Below, piece by piece: positions 58,266-64,000 of a DNA stretch of 64,000 nucleotides. The stretch covers positions 27,427 to 91,426 of the forward strand of contig JAFDVO010000035.1 in assembly GCA_018268955.1 (NCBI GenBank). The letters are read 5' to 3'. Every line of letters begins with the position of its first letter. Positions within the stretch are counted from its first letter, which is position 1. This stretch comes from Acidobacteriota bacterium (GTDB lineage Bacteria; Acidobacteriota; Vicinamibacteria; Vicinamibacterales; CAVVIG01). Below the pieces are notes generated by a model, which saw only the letters and a list, made by a program, of their open reading frames with translations, was not told the origin of the DNA and did no database searches. The translations under genes were made by a program, and so were the position numbers.

Positions 58266-59585
58266 GTGAAGTACTCCGTCATCACCTTCGGATGTCGCGT
58301 CAACCAGTCGGACTCGCTCCGGGTGGAGGAGGAGCTTCTCGCGTCCGGTGCCCAGCCGGCCGCGGCCGAGGTGGCAGACCTGGTCGTCGTGAATACCTGC
58401 TCGGTGACAGCGAGCGCGGATCAGGGTGCACGGCAGATGATCCGGCGGATCGCGCGCACGAACCCCGGCGTCCGGATCATCGTCACGGGCTGCTACGCAA
58501 CCAGGGAGCGCGAGGCGGTGGCGTCGTTGCCGAATGTGCGGGAGGTTGTCTCCAACGACGACAAGCCCCGGTTGCTGGCGCTGATGCGCTCGTCTCCTGA
58601 CGGGGCAGTTGACCAGCAATGGGTCAGCTCCGCGGAACGATACGGGCATGGTGATGGGAGTTGCGGCGCGGCGATCGAGCCCGGATTGGCCGGGCGTACC
58701 GCATTCACGCTGCGCGTCCAGACCGGCTGCGCGGAACCGTGTTCCTACTGCATCATCCCCGAAACGCGGGGGGCGCCTCGCAGCCTGCCTGTGGCGCAGG
58801 TGCTCGCCGAGGTCGCGCGGGTGGCCGACGCCGGATTCCGTGAGGTCGTGCTCACCGGAGTCCACCTCGGATCGTACGGGCGCGATCTCGGCCCACGCAC
58901 CGACCTCCCTGCCCTCCTCGAGTCACTGCGACACTGGGCGGATGCGGCGCTCGACGCGCATGGGCAGCGCGTGCGGTTTCGCATCAGTTCGCTCGAGCCA
59001 ATGGACTGCACGGCCGACGTGGTCGATCTCGTGCGCGACGCCGACTGCTTCGCGCCGCATTTCCACCTGCCACTGCAGCACGCCAGCGGCGGCGTGCTCG
59101 CGGCGATGCGTCGCCCGTACGACCTCGCGTTCTACCGCGCCCTCGTCGATCGCATCCGTCACGACCTGCCGAACGCATCCATCGGCTCTGATGTGATCGT
59201 CGGTTTCCCCGGAGAGCAGGACGCGGACTTCGAGGAACTGGTGGCGTACCTCGAGCAGTCGCCGCTCACGCATGTTCACGTCTTCCCCTATTCCGACCGT
59301 CCTGGGACGGTGGCTTCCCGCATGGGTGATCGTGCGGCCGGAGGAGTCGTCAAGGCGAGAGGCCTGGAGATCCGCAGCGTTGCCGCCCGGCTCTCGAGAC
59401 GGTTCGTCGCCGGTCAGCAGGGGACCGTTCATCGGGCGTTGACGCTGGAGGACGGAAGGCGTGCGGTCACCGGGAACTACCTGAAGGTGCGGATACCCGC
59501 AGGGCAGCCGCGGAATCGCTGGGTCGACGTGCGTATCACGGCAACCGAGCCCGACATCCAGGGGGAGATCGTCCGCGCCTACTGA
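58266..59585 (+). CDS. mtaB: radical-SAM methylthiotransferase of the MiaB/RimO family (MtaB-like)
   Basis: GTG start. ITFGCRVNQSDS. CSYCIIPETRG radical-SAM cluster. C-terminal TRAM-like segment. Confidence 0.6.
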   Translation: MKYSVITFGCRVNQSDSLRVEEELLASGAQPAAAEVADLVVVNTCSVTASADQGARQMIRRIARTNPGVRIIVTGCYATREREAVASLPNVREVVSNDDKPRLLALMRSSPDGAVDQQWVSSAERYGHGDGSCGAAIEPGLAGRTAFTLRVQTGCAEPCSYCIIPETRGAPRSLPVAQVLAEVARVADAGFREVVLTGVHLGSYGRDLGPRTDLPALLESLRHWADAALDAHGQRVRFRISSLEPMDCTADVVDLVRDADCFAPHFHLPLQHASGGVLAAMRRPYDLAFYRALVDRIRHDLPNASIGSDVIVGFPGEQDADFEELVAYLEQSPLTHVHVFPYSDRPGTVASRMGDRAAGGVVKARGLEIRSVAARLSRRFVAGQQGTVHRALTLEDGRRAVTGNYLKVRIPAGQPRNRWVDVRITATEPDIQGEIVRAY

Positions 59586-59619
59586 GCTGGCGGTGCCGCG
59601 CGGGGGCGGCGTCGGCCGG

Positions 59620-60765
59620 TCAGCGGAAGGCGAGCGTCGCCAGGCGCTGGGCAGGAGACGGGCGCTGGCCTTCGACGATGAGCTGTCCGCAGGCGGCCCG
59701 GATGTCGCGGCCGCGGCTCTTGCGCACCGACACCGTGACCCCGCGCTCCGCAAGGGTCCTCGCGAAGCGGTCCACGACGTCGTCGGATGGACGCTCGAAC
59801 GGGATCCCCGCGGCGGCGTTGAGCGGGATCAGGTTCACCTTGGCTTTCACCCCATCGAGCAATCGCGCCAGCTTGCGCGCATCATCGACCGAGTCGTTCA
59901 CGCCGGCGAGCATCACGTATTCGAACGTGATGCGATCGCGCTTGCGGACCGGAAAGCGCTTGCAGGCGGCAATGACCTCGGCAACACCGTACTTCTTGTT
60001 GATGGGGACGAGCGCACCGCGCTGCGCATCGGTCGGTGCATGCAGCGAGATCGCGAGGTTCGGCATCAGCTCTTCGCGTCCGAGCTTCTCGAGCGCGGGC
60101 AGGATGCCGACCGTGGACAGCGTCACTCGACGAGGCGAGAGGTGGAACCCGTGCTCGTCGCAGAGGATCCGCATCGCCTGCATGACGGCGTCGTAATTGT
60201 GCAGCGGTTCGCCCATCCCCATGAGGACGATGTTGAAGGGGCGGTCGAGGAAGCCGAGCGACCGCGCCAGCACCCGCACCTGACCGGCGATCTCGCCTGC
60301 AGTGAGGTTCCGCACGAGCCCCATCTTTCCGGTGAGGCAGAAGGCGCAGGCCATGGCGCAGCCCACCTGGGTCGAGATGCAGAACGTCATCGACGGCGTG
60401 TCCGGAATGAACACGGACTCGATGTGTCTGCCGTCTGCGAGCGTGAGCAGGAACTTCTCCGTGCCGTCCGCCGACTGTTCCCGTGAGGCGACCTGAGGCG
60501 TGCCGATGGTGAACTCAGTGTTCAGCGCTGTCCGAAGATCGCGTGGCAGGTCGGTCATCGCGTCCACGTCCGTGACGCCGCGCCTGTAGATCCAGGCGAA
60601 GACCTGTCGCGCGCGGAAACGCTCCCAGCCCCTGGCGGCGAAGGCCTCCTCGAGGCCGGCCAGGTCGAGTTCCGCGAGATCGGTTGAGGTGGGGGCGGTA
60701 TCCTTCACGGCCTGAATCACTTCCAAGAACTTCTCGATCTTAGCGCGCCTGTCCAGCCGAACCAT
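59620..60765 (-). CDS. rlmN: 23S rRNA/tRNA (adenine-C2)-methyltransferase RlmN
   Basis: 381 aa from the ATG at 60765. GCAMACAFCLTG. C-terminal CGQL motif. Confidence 0.85.
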   Translation of the reverse strand: MVRLDRRAKIEKFLEVIQAVKDTAPTSTDLAELDLAGLEEAFAARGWERFRARQVFAWIYRRGVTDVDAMTDLPRDLRTALNTEFTIGTPQVASREQSADGTEKFLLTLADGRHIESVFIPDTPSMTFCISTQVGCAMACAFCLTGKMGLVRNLTAGEIAGQVRVLARSLGFLDRPFNIVLMGMGEPLHNYDAVMQAMRILCDEHGFHLSPRRVTLSTVGILPALEKLGREELMPNLAISLHAPTDAQRGALVPINKKYGVAEVIAACKRFPVRKRDRITFEYVMLAGVNDSVDDARKLARLLDGVKAKVNLIPLNAAAGIPFERPSDDVVDRFARTLAERGVTVSVRKSRGRDIRAACGQLIVEGQRPSPAQRLATLAFR

Positions 60766-60910
60766 GCGCGGCAGCCGGATGCTTGCCGGAACGGTCGGGC
60801 GCGTGTTATATTCGGCATCTATTGGCGTAATTCCTTCTGTGTCAATCACTTGCGGCGCCGTTCCAGCGAAGGCGCCGCGCCGGAAACCGTCCCTGCAGCG
60901 AGCCATCATC

Positions 60911-62182
60911 GTGTCGAACACTCCGGTCGTCCGCGGCGCTCTCGATAACGGCCTTCGGCTTCTCACCGAGCAGATGAATTCGGTGAGGTCGGTGAGCATC
61001 GGCGTGTGGCTTGCCCGTGGGTCGCGCCACGAGACCGCGGAGCGCGGCGGCATCGCCCACTTCGTCGAGCACATGCTCTTCAAGGGGACGCACAACCGCT
61101 CGGCGGAGGACATCGCCCAGGCGATCGACTCCATTGGCGGGCAGCTCGATGCGTTTACCGCGAAGGAGTACGCCGGCTACTACATCAAGGTGCTCGATGA
61201 GCACCTGCCGCTCGCCCTCGACATCCTCTCCGACATCGTCCTGAACCCCGCGTTCGATCCCGAGGACGTCGAGCGCGAGAAGAAGGTGGTGATCGAGGAG
61301 ATCAAGATGGTCGAAGACACCCCTGACGATCTCGTGCACGAGATCTTCACGCAGGGGTTCTGGGAGGACCATCCGCTCGGCCGGCCGATTCTCGGCACGC
61401 GTGAGACCGTCGAATCGTTCACGTCCTCACTGCTGCACGCGTACTTCCGCGACACCTACGCACCGCGGAACCTGATCATCTCCGCCGTCGGCAACCTGCA
61501 GCACGAGCACGTGCGCGCGCTCGTCTCGGAGCGGTTCGGCCACCTGGCGCCGGCCGGGTCGCCGTACGACGATGTGGCGCCGACCGTGGTGCCGAAGGTC
61601 CTGATCCGCCGGAAGGAACTCGAGCAGAGCCATGTGTGTGTCGGGACGCCGTGCTATCCCCAGGACCACGAGGACCGCCACGCCGCTTACGTGCTGAACA
61701 CGGTGCTCGGCGGGTCGATGAGTTCGCGGCTCTTCCAGAACATTCGTGAGAAGCGCGGACTGGCCTACGCGGTGTTCTCCAGCCTGAGCGCTTACCGGGA
61801 CGCCGGGTCGTTCACGATCTACGCCGGTTGCGCCAATGAGGCGGTCGGGGAAGTTGTGGACCTGATTGTCGAGGAACTCCGCAGCGTGCGCCAGGCACCG
61901 GTTCCGGATGCGGAACTCCGGCGGGCCAAGGACCACCTGAAGGGCAGCCTCATGCTCGGCCTCGAGAACACGGCCAGCCGCATGTCTCACGTGGCGCGGC
62001 AGGAGATGTACTTCGGGCGGCAGGTCAGCCTGGACGAGACGCTGCAGGGCATCGAGCGGGTCACGCCCGACGACCTGCAGCGCGTGGCTGCCGACCTGTT
62101 CCGTGACGGCGCGCTGTCGGCCACCGTGCTCGGCGATGTGAACGGATTGCGGATCCCCCCCGAGCGTCTCGATTTACAATAG
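60911..62182 (+). CDS. M16-family zinc peptidase (insulinase-like)
   Basis: HFVEHMLFKGT (HxxEH). Start uncertain; GTG at 60911 was chosen by typical spacing before LDNGLRLL. Confidence 0.75.
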   Translation: MSNTPVVRGALDNGLRLLTEQMNSVRSVSIGVWLARGSRHETAERGGIAHFVEHMLFKGTHNRSAEDIAQAIDSIGGQLDAFTAKEYAGYYIKVLDEHLPLALDILSDIVLNPAFDPEDVEREKKVVIEEIKMVEDTPDDLVHEIFTQGFWEDHPLGRPILGTRETVESFTSSLLHAYFRDTYAPRNLIISAVGNLQHEHVRALVSERFGHLAPAGSPYDDVAPTVVPKVLIRRKELEQSHVCVGTPCYPQDHEDRHAAYVLNTVLGGSMSSRLFQNIREKRGLAYAVFSSLSAYRDAGSFTIYAGCANEAVGEVVDLIVEELRSVRQAPVPDAELRRAKDHLKGSLMLGLENTASRMSHVARQEMYFGRQVSLDETLQGIERVTPDDLQRVAADLFRDGALSATVLGDVNGLRIPPERLDLQ

Positions 62183-62314
62183 AGGTCCTATTCACCACAC
62201 ACGACATCGAGCACTCAGGAGGATCGGGCCGGACGGCGCCCCGCACGGGCTCCGGCGGTCACCGGCTGGTCTGTCCCTCGCTGTCATGCGTGTCTTTCGC
62301 GTCAGGACTTTCGC

Positions 62315-63658
62315 GTGATCCAGCGCTACACACATCCCGAAATGGGCCGGATCTGGAGCGAGCAGAGGAAGTACGAGACCTGGCTCCTCGTCGAATCCGC
62401 GGCTGCCGACGCCATGGCGGCGGCCGGTATCGTCCCTCCTGAAGCCGCCCGCGACATCCGCGAGCGCGGCGCTTTCGACATCGCGCGCATCGAAGAAATC
62501 GAGCAGGTCACCCAGCACGACGTGATCGCGTTCACGACCGCGGTGGCCGAGAAGGTCGGCGACTCTGCGCGCTGGATGCACTTCGGGATGACCTCGTCCG
62601 ACGTCATCGATACCGCACAGGCACTCCAGATGCGGGAGGCGTGTGACCTGATCCTGAAGGATCTGGCGCAGCTGTCCGATGCGATCCGGGATCGGGCCTT
62701 CGAGCACCGGATGACGCCCATGATCGGCCGTACCCACGGCGTGCACGCTGAGCCGATGACCCTCGGTCTCAAGCTCGCGCTCTGGTTTGCGGAGGTGCAG
62801 CGAGACATCGAACGGGTCGGCCGCGCTCGCGCGGTCGTGTCGGTCGGGAAGCTCTCCGGCGCCGTCGGCACCTTTGCGCACCTGCCCCCCTCGATCGAGG
62901 CGGACGTGTGTGCGAAGCTGGGACTGGCGCCCGCGCCGGTGGCCTCACAGGTGGTGCAGCGGGACCGGCACGCCGAGCTGCTGGCGGCGCTGGCGATCAC
63001 AGCCGCGTCGCTGGAGAAGTTCGCGCTCGAGATTCGCGGCCTGCAGAAGACCGAGATCGGCGAGATCGAGGAGCCGTTCGCCAAGGGGCAGAAGGGCTCC
63101 TCGGCGATGCCGCACAAGCGCAACCCGATCGGCTGCGAGCAGATTGTCGGGATGGCTCGGCTCATCCGCGGCAACTGCCACGCGGCGTTCGAGAACATCG
63201 CGCTCTGGCACGAGCGCGACATCTCGCACTCGTCGGTCGAACGGGTGATTCTGCCGGACAGCTTCATCGCGCTGGACCACATGCTCCGGCGGATGACCCG
63301 GATCGTTCGAGGGATGGTCGTCTATCCGGACCGCATGCGGGAGAACCTCGAGCGGTCGCGCGGCGTGGTGTTCTCAGGGACCGTCCTGCTCGAGCTCGCC
63401 AAGAAAGGCATTTCACGAGAGCAGGCGTACGAATGGGTCCAGCGGAACGCGATGCGGTCGTTCCATGAGCAGCGGGACTTCAAGCAGCTGCTCCTCGCGG
63501 ACGCCGATGTGAGGCGGGTGCTGTCGACCGCCGAGATCGAGCTCGCATTCGACCTGCAGGAGCAGTTCAGGCACGTGGACCACGTGTTCGCGCGAGTCTT
63601 CGGCCCGGTGGCCGATGCCGGATCCGCCACGGCGGGGACGGCGCAGTCGAGGGTGTAG
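62315..63658 (+). CDS. purB: adenylosuccinate lyase
   Basis: 447 aa with the SSAMPHKRNP signature. GTG start. Confidence 0.9.
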   Translation: MIQRYTHPEMGRIWSEQRKYETWLLVESAAADAMAAAGIVPPEAARDIRERGAFDIARIEEIEQVTQHDVIAFTTAVAEKVGDSARWMHFGMTSSDVIDTAQALQMREACDLILKDLAQLSDAIRDRAFEHRMTPMIGRTHGVHAEPMTLGLKLALWFAEVQRDIERVGRARAVVSVGKLSGAVGTFAHLPPSIEADVCAKLGLAPAPVASQVVQRDRHAELLAALAITAASLEKFALEIRGLQKTEIGEIEEPFAKGQKGSSAMPHKRNPIGCEQIVGMARLIRGNCHAAFENIALWHERDISHSSVERVILPDSFIALDHMLRRMTRIVRGMVVYPDRMRENLERSRGVVFSGTVLLELAKKGISREQAYEWVQRNAMRSFHEQRDFKQLLLADADVRRVLSTAEIELAFDLQEQFRHVDHVFARVFGPVADAGSATAGTAQSRV

Positions 63659-63768
63659 CGGCGTGCGACCGGCGGCGGGCCCGGAACTCATCGATGCTGA
63701 CGCGGCGGTGCGGCGGCAGCGAACCACGGTTGGCGCCGCCGGCATCTTCACGGGGAAAGCAGCCTGAC

Positions 63769-64000
63769 ATGCTGGACAAGTTCAAGGATGAGTGCGGCGT
63801 CTTCGGCATCTTCGGACACCACGAGTCCGCGAACATGACATACCTCGGGCTGTACGCGCTGCAGCACCGGGGGCAGGAGAGCGCTGGCATCGCCGTGTCG
63901 GACGGCAAGCTGGTGCGGGTGTCGAAAGCGATGGGATACGTCGCCGACATTTTCAGTGGCCCGATGCTCTCGCAGCTCCCCGGGCATGCCGCCATCGGGC
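63769..64000 (+). CDS. purF: amidophosphoribosyltransferase, 5' fragment (runs off the window)
   Basis: MLDKFKDECGVFGIFGH...LQHRGQESAGIA, with the catalytic Cys after the propeptide-like start. Confidence 0.8.
   Translation, partial: MLDKFKDECGVFGIFGHHESANMTYLGLYALQHRGQESAGIAVSDGKLVRVSKAMGYVADIFSGPMLSQLPGHAAIG

Overview
High-GC bacterial chromosomal segment, with hand-counted 60-nt samples near 70% GC in housekeeping genes. It is probably Acidobacteriota; this is inferred from a VWA protein with the Acidobacterial-type C-terminus, CarboxypepD_reg beta-barrels and the general gene content. Housekeeping genes fill both flanks. On the left are an Omp85-family protein, a SET-domain protein, VIT1 and ZIP metal transporters, an SDR, ino1 and acs. 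On the right are oppDF-like ATPases, a methylmalonyl-CoA mutase catalytic subunit, the gpmA-eno-glgC block, rpsU, purD, mtaB-like, rlmN, an M16 peptidase, purB and the purF 5' end. The accessory core lies at about 12.3-30.4 kb. It holds a SWIM-SNF2 helicase divergent from a complete Csb-type (subtype I-U / I-G, 'Dpsyc') CRISPR-Cas locus: cas3 with a C-terminal HD domain, a csb3-like gene, csb1/cas7, csb2/cas5-cas6, an antisense Uma2 nuclease, cas2 and a cas4-cas1 fusion. A 43-repeat array (36-bp repeat, 42 spacers) follows. Directly after the array trailer is the feature I cannot explain. It is three head-to-tail copies of a ~432-bp non-coding composite element. Each copy has a ~190-bp imperfect palindrome, a REP-like GGCAGGC-TGAA-GCCTGCC hairpin, and a copy-number-variable 35-37-bp sub-repeat. 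Duplicated heptanucleotide microsatellites come next. Further right are a tandem pair of secreted paralogs with a beta-barrel protein, a PDZ-containing polytopic histidine kinase, a sigma-54-type regulator with a deviant GAFTGA loop, and a six-gene, 4-nt-overlapped glycosyltransferase/UbiA operon with an A-B-B-A paralog layout. Many intergenic gaps carry AT-richer 7-9-nt word arrays arranged as inverted repeats. All functional calls rest on motifs read from the supplied translations. No database search was possible.
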